Shown here one piece after another: positions 27,744 through 37,585 of a stretch of DNA of 64,000 nucleotides; the stretch's first letter is position 1; the number at the start of each line of letters is the position of its first letter. Position numbers and translations under genes: made by a program. Source of the DNA: an uncultured Kiloniellales bacterium (GTDB lineage Bacteria; Actinomycetota; Acidimicrobiia; Spongiisociales; UBA5794); the NCBI GenBank assembly GCA_964195155.1, contig CAXMOP010000115.1, positions 4,986-68,985 on the forward strand, read 5' to 3'. The notes beneath the pieces are model-generated. The model made no database searches and was not told where the DNA came from. It saw only the letters and a list, made by a program, of their open reading frames with translations.

Positions 27744-27806
27744 GCAAGAGGCCCGAGTCCGACTCTCGACTCATGACTCTCGACTTAAGGCTCTCGACTC
27801 ATGACT
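27714..27806. repeat. Inverted heptamer arrays (GAGTCNN)x about 6 and (GACTCNN)x about 6 forming a long imperfect hairpin between convergent genes
   Basis: Directly visible. Confidence 0.85.
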
Positions 27807-29239
27807 GCTGCTAGCTCCACAAGGGTTCTGACGCCGAAACCGGATCCACCCTTGACCATGTAGTGATCGGTCTTGTCCGCCCGCGCTGGCCCGGCGATGT
27901 CCAGGTGCACCCAGGGCCGGTCCCCGGCGAACTCGGCAAGAAACAGGGCTGCGTTGATGGTGCCGCCCCAGTTGTCGTCTGCGATGTTCTGCAGGTCGGC
28001 GATCGACGAGTCGAGCTTCTGGCGGTATTCATGTTCCAGGGGAAGCTGCCACCACTTCTCTCCGGCGAATCGGCCGGCGGCGAGCACCGACTCTATTGCG
28101 TCCTCGTCGTTGCCGAGCACCGCACCGATGAGCTGGCCGAGGGCAACCTTGGCGGCGCCGGTCAGCGTGGCGATGTCGACCACGAGGTCGACGTCGGCAT
28201 CCGCGGCGATGCCGAGACCATCTGCCAACACCAGCCGGCCCTCGGCATCGGTGTTCAGCACTTCGACGGTCTTGCCGCCGTATGCGGTGAACACGTCGCC
28301 CGGGCGTTGCGCGGCGCCGCCGGTCATGTTCTCGGTGAGAGGAGCCACACCGATCACCCGAATCGGCAGGCCGAGCGCGGCAATGGCCTGCATGGCGCCG
28401 AAGACGGTCGCGGCTCCCGCCATGTCGGTCTTCATCGCCTCCATGCCCTTGGCCGGCTTGATCGACAGTCCGCCCGAGTCAAAGACGATTCCCTTGCCGA
28501 CCAGAGCCAGCGATGTGGAGGCGTCGTCTGGCTCGTAACGGAGCAGCACCATGCGGGGAGGACTGGTGGCACCGGAAGCGACGGCGAGCAGCCCGCCGTA
28601 GCCGCGGGATCGTGCCTCTTGCTCGTCGACGATCTCGACTTCGACTCCGGCGATCCCTGCGGCGCGCTCGGCGAGTACCGCCGGTGGCTTGTCGCCCGCC
28701 GGCTCATTGACCAGATCCCGTGTGAAGTTGACGCCCGCGGCGATCTTGGATGCCCGTTCGATCGCAGCACCGGCGCCGTCTTCGGCCTCCAGGAGCACGA
28801 GCCGCTCGGTCCTACGCTCCTTCGGTTCTGATCGGTACTCGTCGAATGAATAGGATCCGAGCAGAAAGCCAAGGGCCACCGCCTCGGCGGCCCCTTCGAC
28901 GTCGACCAGATGCAATGTGGTGGCGACCTTTGCCAAGGGACGGGCGGCTCGGCCGAGGGTGCCGGCTGCCCTTCGGATCGCCTCGGCATCGACCTCGTCG
29001 CCGAGACCGAGAAACAGCACCTCGGTGAAGCCGGTCTCCCCCCCGGGGACCGCGACCTGCTGGCCGGTCTTGCCGCTGAACTCACGCGCTGCGAGGTACT
29101 CGTCGAGCCAGTCGCCGAGCCGCTCGGAGACTGCGGCTCCCCCAGGCCCGTAGGTAGAATCGGCGAATACCGGCACGGCGAGCAAGTCGCCGGCCGCTTC
29201 GGCGAGGGATCCTCCTGTTTCGATCTCAGTCATCGGCAT
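27785..29239 (-). CDS. pepA: Leucyl aminopeptidase (M17, PepA)
   Basis: NTDAEGRL and the M17 metal-ligand region VGKGIVFDSGG are present. Confidence 0.85.
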   Translation of the reverse strand: MPMTEIETGGSLAEAAGDLLAVPVFADSTYGPGGAAVSERLGDWLDEYLAAREFSGKTGQQVAVPGGETGFTEVLFLGLGDEVDAEAIRRAAGTLGRAARPLAKVATTLHLVDVEGAAEAVALGFLLGSYSFDEYRSEPKERRTERLVLLEAEDGAGAAIERASKIAAGVNFTRDLVNEPAGDKPPAVLAERAAGIAGVEVEIVDEQEARSRGYGGLLAVASGATSPPRMVLLRYEPDDASTSLALVGKGIVFDSGGLSIKPAKGMEAMKTDMAGAATVFGAMQAIAALGLPIRVIGVAPLTENMTGGAAQRPGDVFTAYGGKTVEVLNTDAEGRLVLADGLGIAADADVDLVVDIATLTGAAKVALGQLIGAVLGNDEDAIESVLAAGRFAGEKWWQLPLEHEYRQKLDSSIADLQNIADDNWGGTINAALFLAEFAGDRPWVHLDIAGPARADKTDHYMVKGGSGFGVRTLVELAAVMSREP

Positions 29240-29777
29240 CCTCTCGACTGGGGAGCCATTCGCCCTCGACGGAGCGAGCCAGCATGTACAGATAGTCGGC
29301 GAGCCGGTTGAGGTAGACGATGACGAGACTGTCTTCGACCGGTCCGTCGGTTGCCCAGGTCACGGCCCGGCGCTCGGCCCGCCGAACCACGGATCTCGCC
29401 ACGTCAATCGACGCTGCCACCGGGTCACCGCCCGGCACGATGAACTCCGTCGGCATCCCGCGCTCGTCGACAATGGCGTCGATCCGGGCCTCGAGACCGT
29501 CGATCATCGACTGATCAACCCGGCTCACACCGTCCTCGAGCTTTGCCCGGTTCGCCGCAGCGGTGGCAAGTTCGGCACCGACTACGAACAATTGGCGCTG
29601 CACGGCCAGCAGCGCCTCGGCGACCGGAGCGCCGGCCGATGCCCGGGCAACACCAAGCAGAGAAACCGACTCGTCGACGGTGCCGTAGGCCTCGGGACCG
29701 ATCTCATCCTTTGCCACACGCCCTCCATGGAACAACCCGGTCGAGCCGTCGTCGCCACGCCGGGTGTAGATCCGCAT
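29226..29777 (-). CDS. ATP:cob(I)alamin adenosyltransferase, PduO type
   Basis: ATG at 29777 gives MRIYTRRGDDGSTGL, the canonical PduO-type N-terminus. Confidence 0.8.
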   Translation of the reverse strand: MRIYTRRGDDGSTGLFHGGRVAKDEIGPEAYGTVDESVSLLGVARASAGAPVAEALLAVQRQLFVVGAELATAAANRAKLEDGVSRVDQSMIDGLEARIDAIVDERGMPTEFIVPGGDPVAASIDVARSVVRRAERRAVTWATDGPVEDSLVIVYLNRLADYLYMLARSVEGEWLPSREDADD

Positions 29778-29803
29778 TGCGGTGAGACTAGGACTCGGTC
29801 CGC

Positions 29804-30481
29804 TCACAGGCCGCCGCCGGTGAGGGCCCGGCCGACGGTGACGATGCCGAAGCTCACCAGCACCGCCAGGTAGGACAGCCCGGTCGCGGCCATCACCCCC
29901 GAGTACCGCGGCTCGCGGATGGAGAACCAGACACCGGCAAGCAAGAGGGCGCCGAGAACCACCAGAGCGACCCACACCCAGGTCAGGACCGAGCCGGTGA
30001 GGGCAAGGGCGCCGGAGAGCACGACCGCAACCGTCTCCCCGCCCAGGGCCACCGCGGCGGACTCATCGAGGTCATACAACGGCCGACGGGGCAGGGTCGG
30101 GTCCACCAGGAACCAATGCCCGAGGAGCATTTCGGATGTCACACCGCCGAGCAGCATCGTGCCCGTCGCCAGCAACACGATCGCCAGGAGCCCGGGCTCG
30201 TATCCAGCCAGCAACAGCAGTGCGGCGGCCAGGATGAACAACGTGCGCGAGGCAAGAGCCTGTTTGGCGGCTACCGCCCCACCGACGGCAAGTACCGCGG
30301 CAACCCAAGCGAGCGTACCGACCCCGGCGAGAGCAGCAAGGGCCGCAAGCGCTGCGGTAACCGAACCCGCCAGCCACACATAGCCGGGACCCACCACCCG
30401 CCATTGGACGACGAGTGCGGTACCGGCGGCGACCCCGGCTCCCCACATGATGAAGAGCAGCTCCGGACCGAGCTCGATCAC
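29804..30481 (-). CDS. Hypothetical polytopic membrane protein translationally coupled to tkt
   Basis: GTG at 30481 overlaps the tkt stop (GTGA). About 7 hydrophobic helices. Confidence 0.5.
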   Translation of the reverse strand: MIELGPELLFIMWGAGVAAGTALVVQWRVVGPGYVWLAGSVTAALAALAALAGVGTLAWVAAVLAVGGAVAAKQALASRTLFILAAALLLLAGYEPGLLAIVLLATGTMLLGGVTSEMLLGHWFLVDPTLPRRPLYDLDESAAVALGGETVAVVLSGALALTGSVLTWVWVALVVLGALLLAGVWFSIREPRYSGVMAATGLSYLAVLVSFGIVTVGRALTGGGL

Positions 30482-32427
30482 TCGCCGAGCCAGGCGGCGA
30501 TGCGTTGCGCCACCGCCTCGGGCGTGAACCCCCATTCGGCTGCGATCACCGTCCACGGAGCCGAGGCGCCGAAGTGGTCGATCCCGATGCGCAACCCGTC
30601 CGTTCCGGCGAATTCTGCCCAGCCGAAGGTCGCCGCCGCCTCCAGGGTGGCGACCGGCATCGTCTCAGGGAGTACCTCAGCGCGGTATTCATCCTCCTGT
30701 TCGGCAAACGCCTCCCAGCACGGCATCGACACGACCCTGATCGAAATGCCATCGGCGGCGAGCAACTCGGTCGCCCGCTCGGCAAGCTGCACCTCTGACC
30801 CGGTGGCGACGAGGGTGGCGTCGGTGCCGTCGCGCCGGATGTACGCACCCCGCCGTACCAGCTCGCGATCGGGTTCCACCGCCGGGACGGGGAGATTCTG
30901 CCTGGTCAGCGCCATCGCGGTGGGGCCGTCGGTTCGGCCGATCGCCATCTCCCAACCCACTGCGACCTCGGTGGGATCGGCGGGTCTGATCACCCACAGA
31001 TTTGGCATTGCCCGCAGCGAGGCGAGGTGCTCGATCGGCTGGTGGGTCGGGCCGTCCTCGCCGAGGAACACTGAGTCGTGGGTCCAGATCCAGATCGAGG
31101 GCGCCCCCATGAGGGCGGACAGCCGCACCGAGGCCCGCATGTAGTCCGAGAAGATGAGAAAGGTTCCGCCGTAGCAGCGGAGCCCGCCGTGGAGGTTGAT
31201 CCCGTTGACCACCGCCCCCATGGCGTGCTCACGGACCCCGAACTTGAGGTTTCTTCCCTCGGGGTGGGCAGCCGAGAAGTCTCCGGAGCCATCGATCTGG
31301 GTGTTGTTCGACGGCGTCAGGTCGGCCGACCCGCCGACGAGGCCGGGCATCGCCGCAGCAAGTTGCTGGATCACCGCGCCGGAGGCGCTCCTGGTTGCTA
31401 CCGATCCCTCGAACGACGGCGTGGCGAGGGTCACCGGGCCCGGATCGAAATACGAATCCGATCGCTGCTCGAGGTCAGGATCGGCTTCGAAGGCCTCGGT
31501 TCGCCGCTGTTCCCACGCCCGTCTCGCCGCCCTCCCCCGGTCCATGCCGACACGGAACCATTCGTAGACCTCGTCGGGGACCACGAATGGCGGGTACTCC
31601 CAGTCATACTCCTCGCGGACGAGCTTGACCTCGTCGACGCCGAGCGGGTTGCCGTGCGCCGAGGCGCTGTCCTGCTTGTTCGGTGAGCCGTAGCCGATGT
31701 GGGTCTTGGCGACCACCAACGACGGACGCTCCTCCCCGTTTGCTTCGGCGATCGCCTGCCGGATCGCCGGGCGATCGTGGCCGTCGACCCCGACCGTGTG
31801 CCACCCATAGGCGGCGAATCGGCCGGCGACGTCCTCGCTGAAGGCCAGCTCGGTCGAACCATCGATCGTGATCGAATTGTCGTCGTACAGGTAGGTGAGC
31901 TTGGAGAGGCTCAGGTGCCCGGCCAGCGAGGCCGCCTCCGAGGCGACGCCCTCCATCAGATCGCCGTCAGAGACAAACGCATAGGTGCGGTGATCGACGA
32001 GATCTGCACCAAACTGGGCACGAAGGTGGCTCTCGGCGATGGCCATGCCAACCGCGGTGGCGAAGCCCTGACCGAGCGGACCGGTGGTGGTCTCGATCCC
32101 GATTCCGGGTTCGTATTCGGGATGCCCGGCGGTGCGAGACCCAAACTGGCGAAAGTCCTCGAGCTCGTCCATGGCCAGCCCGAAGCCGCTGAGATGCAGC
32201 AGCGAGTAGAGCAACATCGATGAATGGCCGTTCGAGAGCACGAAGCGGTCGCGGTCGGGCCAGGTTGGGTCGTCCGGGTCGAGCAGGGTGAACTCGGACC
32301 ACAACACCGCGGCGAGGTCCGCCATCCCCATCGGCGCGCCGGGGTGCCCCGATTCGGCACGCTGCACCGCATCCACCGACATCATGCGCATTGCGTCGAC
32401 GGAGAGCTGTTCGATGTCTTTGGCCAA
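30478..32427 (-). CDS. tkt: Transketolase
   Basis: Proposed TTG start at 32427, 5 nt after GAGGAGGAGG, gives [37 protein letters not shown], a typical Tkt N-terminus. The in-frame ATG at 32490 is the alternative start. The ThDP motif GDGDLMEG is present. Confidence 0.9.
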   Translation of the reverse strand: MAKDIEQLSVDAMRMMSVDAVQRAESGHPGAPMGMADLAAVLWSEFTLLDPDDPTWPDRDRFVLSNGHSSMLLYSLLHLSGFGLAMDELEDFRQFGSRTAGHPEYEPGIGIETTTGPLGQGFATAVGMAIAESHLRAQFGADLVDHRTYAFVSDGDLMEGVASEAASLAGHLSLSKLTYLYDDNSITIDGSTELAFSEDVAGRFAAYGWHTVGVDGHDRPAIRQAIAEANGEERPSLVVAKTHIGYGSPNKQDSASAHGNPLGVDEVKLVREEYDWEYPPFVVPDEVYEWFRVGMDRGRAARRAWEQRRTEAFEADPDLEQRSDSYFDPGPVTLATPSFEGSVATRSASGAVIQQLAAAMPGLVGGSADLTPSNNTQIDGSGDFSAAHPEGRNLKFGVREHAMGAVVNGINLHGGLRCYGGTFLIFSDYMRASVRLSALMGAPSIWIWTHDSVFLGEDGPTHQPIEHLASLRAMPNLWVIRPADPTEVAVGWEMAIGRTDGPTAMALTRQNLPVPAVEPDRELVRRGAYIRRDGTDATLVATGSEVQLAERATELLAADGISIRVVSMPCWEAFAEQEDEYRAEVLPETMPVATLEAAATFGWAEFAGTDGLRIGIDHFGASAPWTVIAAEWGFTPEAVAQRIAAWLGE

Positions 32428-32542
32428 GTCAACCTCCTCCTCGGCGACGCGCAAGGGTAGGCGGCGGGCGCGGTCGGGCCGCCCGGGCATCGTGCGCGTA
32501 TGGTTTGTGGAACATGAGCCGCGAGCAATCCGAGGTGTTGTG

Positions 32543-33208
32543 ATGACGGCAAAGGGTGGCAACGGTCGGCTTCCCCTCTCCTACCTGACCCTGCGACGGA
32601 CTTTGGGAATCCTGGGCATGGCGCTTCCGGTGATTTTGGTGATCGGCGGCCTCATCTTCACCTCCAACAGCGAGATCGAGAACACCATCAGCGACTATTA
32701 CGACACCATCATGGTGGGCGTCTTTGTCGGCGTGCTGTTTGCCATTGCCACGTTCATGTTCTCCTACCTCGGCTACGAGATGCCGAACAGGGGACGATTC
32801 GAGGCTACCGACAACATCGCCGGCAACCTGGCGGCCCTCTTCGCCGTCCTGGTGGCGCTGTTCCCGACCACCCATTCCGTGCAGTGGGTGCGAGGCGTGC
32901 ACCTGGCATCGGCGTTGCTGTTCTTCATGACCCTGGCGTACTTCTCGATCCACTTGTTCACCAAGACCACGCCGGGCGAGACCGCGCAGGGGAGAAAGGC
33001 CGATCGGAACCGGATCTACCGAGTCTGCGGCTGGGCCATCATCCTGTTCATCGCCCTGATCGCCGTCTACTTCCTGTTCTTCCAGGACACGGGCATCGCC
33101 GATCTCAAGCCCGTGCTCGTGCTCGAGTCACTTGCGCTGTGGGCATTTGGCATCTCCTGGCTGGTCAAGGGCGATACGTTGCTCCAGGACTCACCGCCCG
33201 CCCGGTGA
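32543..33208 (+). CDS. Hypothetical membrane protein (5-6 TM helices); first gene of the low-GC island
   Basis: ATG at 32543 with a GAGGTG Shine-Dalgarno sequence. GC content is clearly lower than in the flanking DNA. Confidence 0.55.
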   Translation: MTAKGGNGRLPLSYLTLRRTLGILGMALPVILVIGGLIFTSNSEIENTISDYYDTIMVGVFVGVLFAIATFMFSYLGYEMPNRGRFEATDNIAGNLAALFAVLVALFPTTHSVQWVRGVHLASALLFFMTLAYFSIHLFTKTTPGETAQGRKADRNRIYRVCGWAIILFIALIAVYFLFFQDTGIADLKPVLVLESLALWAFGISWLVKGDTLLQDSPPAR

Positions 33209-33393
33209 GCGCTTCCGGTCGAGCCTCGAGCCCGAGGCGATCGCCGAACGGCGGATGGCGAGTTGAGGCCCGAGGGCAGCGCGGTATTGCCGGTTCTCGG
33301 ACGCCGCGACGTGGGTTGGTGAGCCGGCGCGTGCGTCGTTATGTGCGGTCTGCGCAGACGGTGGAAACCGACGATCTTGCCAGGGGTCAGGGA

Positions 33394-33415
33394 GCGCATA
33401 TTGCCGGATATGCGC
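33394..33415. promoter_or_regulatory. Island palindromic motif copy a: GCGCATATTGCCGGATATGCGC
   Basis: An 8-bp perfect inverted repeat around a GCCGG core. It lies upstream of the MBL hydrolase gene. A related copy is at 33454-33473. Confidence 0.6.
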
Positions 33416-33540
33416 TAGCTGATCTTGACGAACCGCTACGGGGAGCGCGAACAGAATGCCGGTTATGTGCGGGTGTCTGGGGGCCTTCTCCGGGCCCCGT
33501 CAGAACGAACTAGGGTGCGTCGACCCGAAGGAGGCCTTCT

Positions 33541-34677
33541 TTGTCGAACTTTGTCCTAGCGCATCTGGGTGGTACTACAGCGCTTACTACTGAGCCGGTC
33601 GTCGGGTCATCAGATATTGACCCGAGCGTGGCATTTCTGCCCGGGACCGAGGAGCTCGCCGAAGGTGAGATCCGAGTGTCAATCTTGGGTTCCGGGTTGC
33701 CGTGGGTGACCAAGTCGCAGGCATCCGGATCGGTTCTCATGGAGGTGGGCAATCCCGAAAAGGATGTGCTCGTCTTCGATATGGGAACAGGATCGCTGGC
33801 GAACTTCAGCGGTCTTCAAGTTCCTGTCACAAGCCTGAAGAACGTGTTCTTGAGCCATCTACATGCAGACCACATCTCCGACTACGTCACATTCATGGGC
33901 AGCTACGTCAAGGCTGGACGTCTAGACCCTGTCGAGGTGTGGGGTGGAGCGTCCGACGATCCCACATTGGGCCTTGCGACTTTCGTGGACCACATTCAGC
34001 GAGCCCTCGCGTGGGACCAGGCCTCAATCGAGGGATATGTACCTACTACCGGAGGACATGCCACCGCTCACGAAGTTCCATACGACAGGACTGAGGTGAT
34101 CTACGAGCGCAATGGCGTAACCATCACTTCGTTCCCAGTCATCCACGTCCTCAACGGTGCGGTGGGTTTCCGCGTCGATTACGGCGGGCAGTCCGTCGTG
34201 TTCTCTGGCGACACCCTCCCAACGATGACGCTTGTTGAGGCCTCTCAGAATTGTGATCTCCTGATCCACGAGGCAGCCCTTCCCGCCGAGCTGTTTGCCG
34301 AGTTGTACAGCTTCCCGATCGAGCAGGCGCGGATGGTCATCAATGAAGGCCACACCCCCGCCAACGCTGCTGGAATGGTGTTCGACATGGTGACGCCGCG
34401 AATGGCAGCCATGTGGCACACGGCCGTTGTAGACAAGTACGTCGATCCTTTCTTTGAGTCTCTCCGCACGACGTACTCCGGGCCGGCAACGCTGTGCCAG
34501 GACCTAACCGTGTTCAACGTCACGGCCGACGCCGTCACCGCCCGCCAAGCGACCATCGATTGGACCCAACAGGCGGTCGTAGGCGAATCCGATACCGCCC
34601 GGTCCTACGCAGAGCGGCGTCCCAGCCCGACATGGTTCGCCGACGCATATATCGACTGGCAGTCAAAACTCGGCTAA
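33541..34677 (+). CDS. MBL-fold metallo-hydrolase
   Basis: The HLHADHISD motif (HxHxDH) is present. TTG start at 33541, 7 nt after AAGGAGG. Confidence 0.75.
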   Translation: MSNFVLAHLGGTTALTTEPVVGSSDIDPSVAFLPGTEELAEGEIRVSILGSGLPWVTKSQASGSVLMEVGNPEKDVLVFDMGTGSLANFSGLQVPVTSLKNVFLSHLHADHISDYVTFMGSYVKAGRLDPVEVWGGASDDPTLGLATFVDHIQRALAWDQASIEGYVPTTGGHATAHEVPYDRTEVIYERNGVTITSFPVIHVLNGAVGFRVDYGGQSVVFSGDTLPTMTLVEASQNCDLLIHEAALPAELFAELYSFPIEQARMVINEGHTPANAAGMVFDMVTPRMAAMWHTAVVDKYVDPFFESLRTTYSGPATLCQDLTVFNVTADAVTARQATIDWTQQAVVGESDTARSYAERRPSPTWFADAYIDWQSKLG

Positions 34678-34680
34678 TCA

Positions 34681-34752
34681 GCCGCACATAACGGCACATA
34701 GTGGGCGGTCGCCTCCAGCTAGCGCATATCGGCACATATGCGCATATGTGTC
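34681..34752. promoter_or_regulatory. Island palindromic motif copies c1 and c2 (CCGCACATAACGGCACATAGTGGGCGG and GCGCATATCGGCACATATGCGCATATGTG)
   Basis: Directly visible in the convergent spacer after the MBL gene. Confidence 0.6.
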
Positions 34753-34855
34753 GATTGGGCGGGGGATTGGGTGCGTGTCTATGAAGCGCGAAGCGGCGCT
34801 GTGGACGTTTGCCGAGTCCGACGATTGAGTCGGGTCTTCTGTGGGTGAGTGGCGG

Positions 34856-35170
34856 TCAGCCCACCTCGACGTATTCCGAAATTGTCTTCATGAACTCGTC
34901 GGGGTCATCTGGGGTGACCGTGGCCCGTAGACGGCCGCCAGCATCTATCGCAATCCCCGTGGTCTTGTGTCGGCGTGCAGTGTCCCAGTTATACCAGTTC
35001 GACCATCCGCCCGGACCGAGTCCTATGACCCTCCACCGCCCGCCGAATCCCATCTCAAACACCTCGACTGATCGAATCTCGCCGTACGGAACCCGCTTCT
35101 CGCCCAATAGCCCGTAGCGAGCGATCGTGATACCCGTGTCATCGGCTCGCACCGTGTTGTCCTCATACAT
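34856..35170 (-). CDS. Bacterial PH-domain (bPH_2-like) small protein
   Basis: 104 aa. ATG at 35170. Confidence 0.5.
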   Translation of the reverse strand: MYEDNTVRADDTGITIARYGLLGEKRVPYGEIRSVEVFEMGFGGRWRVIGLGPGGWSNWYNWDTARRHKTTGIAIDAGGRLRATVTPDDPDEFMKTISEYVEVG

Positions 35171-35305
35171 CAGCCGCAGAGTATTGACACACTCGTCGTA
35201 TCAACACCGCCGCTGTCGCCGGTCGAATGAGCCACATCTCAATCGGGCGCGGCGGACTCACGAGGCCCAGACGCCCTCCGTCAGACAGTTCGGATTGAGA
35301 AGGCC

Positions 35306-35375
35306 CCCCCATAACCGGCAATATGGGCGGTTTCGCCCGGCGGGTCGGGTAGCGCATATGTGCCGATATGGGCGG
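35306..35375. promoter_or_regulatory. Island palindromic motif copies d1 (CCCCCATAACCGGCAATATGGGCGG) and d2 (GCGCATATGTGCCGATATGGGCGG)
   Basis: Directly visible. d2 ends at the ridA stop codon. Confidence 0.6.
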
Positions 35376-35834
35376 CTATTGGATCTCGACGATCGCCTCG
35401 ATCTCTACCGGTATGTTCATTGGAAGCGATCCAAGTCCGACCGCTGAACGTGCATGCCGTCCAGCCTCGCCGAATACGTCCGCCAGTAGATCAGAGCACC
35501 CGTTGATGACAGCCGGGTGATCAGTGAAATCGGTCGTGCAATTCACCATCCCCAGCACCTTGACTACCCTTACGACCTCGTCAAGCGAACCGAGATTCTT
35601 TCGAAGCGTCGCAAGCAAGCCAAGGCATGTGACTCGTGCCGCCTCGCTAGCTTCATCGGTATCGAGGTCCTCTCCAACCTTGCCGGTCATCCACGACCCG
35701 TCGGCGCGCATCGGGCCATGACCGGACGTGTAGGCGAGGTTCCCCGTTCGCACAAACGTGACATAGGACGCAATCGGATCGGGAGGTGAGGGCAACACCA
35801 AACCGAGTTCCTTGAGTCGAGCCTCCGCCGACAT
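35376..35834 (-). CDS. RidA/YjgF-family reactive-intermediate deaminase
   Basis: 152 aa with typical RidA fold motifs. ATG at 35834. Confidence 0.8.
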   Translation of the reverse strand: MSAEARLKELGLVLPSPPDPIASYVTFVRTGNLAYTSGHGPMRADGSWMTGKVGEDLDTDEASEAARVTCLGLLATLRKNLGSLDEVVRVVKVLGMVNCTTDFTDHPAVINGCSDLLADVFGEAGRHARSAVGLGSLPMNIPVEIEAIVEIQ

Positions 35835-35920
35835 CAGACGCTCCTGCCTCTACGAATCCCCCGAGGGTACAGGCCCACGTCTCCCGTCAACATTCTCGGC
35901 CGCACCAAGCCACTCAGAGA

Positions 35921-35944
35921 GCGCATATGTGCCGATATGGGCGG
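35921..35944. promoter_or_regulatory. Island palindromic motif copy e: GCGCATATGTGCCGATATGGGCGG
   Basis: Identical to d2, and located upstream of ridA. Confidence 0.6.
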
Positions 35945-35954
35945 GTGTTTGGTG

Positions 35955-37124
35955 TCAGCCGCAGGTGGCCTCGGAGCTGCTACTGACGGTATCGATCCAG
36001 TGGACGGATTGTCCGGTGGCGATGTCGCCTGTGGAGATCGTCCCTGATGCGGTGTATGTCGAGGGGTCGACGTTGAAGGTGTGGCGGTAGTCCGTTTCGT
36101 TGCCTGTTGTAGTGATGATCCCGGAGAACGTGTCGGTGGGGGCGCGGGATGGGATTTGGCGGTCATCGAGTCGGATGCTGGCGTGTAGGGGGCCGCCCCA
36201 GTCTCCCCACGTCAGGATCACTTGACACTCGCCCGAGCTTGGATCCCTGGACAGTTGGAGTGTTAGTTCAGCTTCGAGGGACGGCTTGTCGTTCAAACTG
36301 GCCTGTACGTCGATGAAGTTGCCTGCCAGCGGTACCAGTCGCGGGTTCCCGTAGAGGAAATCGACGTCGGCAACACCTGGGGTATTGGAGAACCGGAGGA
36401 ACATGGTGCGAGCGAATGGTCTGAAGATGCCCACGGTGTCAGGACCAGGCAGGTCGTCCTTCTGTGCCCAGTCACCGGCGATGATCCTGTCACCAGGATC
36501 TCCGTAGTAGAAGGTGCTATCGGCGATCCCCTGGGTATTCGAGTTCCGGAGGAACACCTGTCCGGTTGATTCGCGGTGGAGACCGACGGTGTCGATGTCG
36601 TCGTCGTCGAAGTCGCCTACGAACGGCTTGTCGAGAGGATTCCCGTAGTAGAACGAGTAGCTGGCCGCGCCCAGACCCTGTTCCCCACTGCCGAGACTGT
36701 CGAATATGAAGACTTGACCCTGCGACGGCCGGTACAGCGACACCGTATCGCACCCGTCCCCGTCGAAATCTCCTGTGATCGGAACGTCACCACGGCTGCC
36801 GAGGTAGAACCTGACATCGCCCTCTCCGATCGCGATGTGATTCCGCAGGTACACGTATCCATCCGTCGGTCGGAACATGCCTGGCGTATCCCAGCCATCG
36901 CAGTCCCAATCACCGACGATCGGGATATCTCCGGGTACGCCGAAGAAGAATCTATAGCTCGAAATCGTCCCGGATTGCTCGTGCTGCTGACGCAGGTACC
37001 ACAGGCCCGATGTGGTATCAACCACACCGACGGTGTCCTCGGGCGTCTCGGCCAAAACCGGAGCCGGTAAGGCGAGCCAACCGAGCACGACAATCAACAC
37101 AAGAGCCGTCACTGTCACCCTCAC
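35955..37124 (-). CDS. Secreted FG-GAP / beta-propeller repeat protein
   Basis: The signal peptide is VRVTVTALVLIVVLGWLALPAPVLA. At least five repeats of F(Y)YG.PGD.P..GD[WF]D.DG.DT.G.FRP follow. The start is GTG at 37124, or TTG at 37160. Confidence 0.7.
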   Translation of the reverse strand: MRVTVTALVLIVVLGWLALPAPVLAETPEDTVGVVDTTSGLWYLRQQHEQSGTISSYRFFFGVPGDIPIVGDWDCDGWDTPGMFRPTDGYVYLRNHIAIGEGDVRFYLGSRGDVPITGDFDGDGCDTVSLYRPSQGQVFIFDSLGSGEQGLGAASYSFYYGNPLDKPFVGDFDDDDIDTVGLHRESTGQVFLRNSNTQGIADSTFYYGDPGDRIIAGDWAQKDDLPGPDTVGIFRPFARTMFLRFSNTPGVADVDFLYGNPRLVPLAGNFIDVQASLNDKPSLEAELTLQLSRDPSSGECQVILTWGDWGGPLHASIRLDDRQIPSRAPTDTFSGIITTTGNETDYRHTFNVDPSTYTASGTISTGDIATGQSVHWIDTVSSSSEATCG

Positions 37125-37388
37125 CGACACCCCCGGACCCTCCACAATTTCGATCCTCAACGATCACGGATCATACGACTCAGACTATGAGAGGAAACGG
37201 ACCATGGTTCCCCATGACGTCCGGCTCAGCTAGCTCCTAGACGCCGAAGGAAGAGCGATCGCCGAATGGAATGGTGCTGCGGACGACCAGACGCTCGACT
37301 CTCTGCTCGAACAGTCCCTCGGGTGATCAACCCGGCCGAACGCCACCAAACCAATGACCTTCGGCGGCACGTCAAACCTCCGACCACA

Positions 37389-37414
37389 CCCGCCCATAAC
37401 CGGCAATATGCGCC
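37389..37414. promoter_or_regulatory. Island palindromic motif copy f: CCGCCCATAACCGGCAATATGCGCC (reverse complement of copy a type)
   Basis: Directly visible in the divergent spacer between the FG-GAP gene and the HNH gene. Confidence 0.6.
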
Positions 37415-37585
37415 CCCTACGTCCCGGTCTCCAGAGGCAGGACCGGGTACAGCACGAACACCGATCACCCGGTCTGAGCGACATCGCCGACATCCACGAG
37501 TGCTCTGGAACGGCACTTCGGAGTGCGGTCAGTTTCCTTGCATTTCTTCTGGAATCTGTCACCCGCACCGTGTAGGATCGAACAT

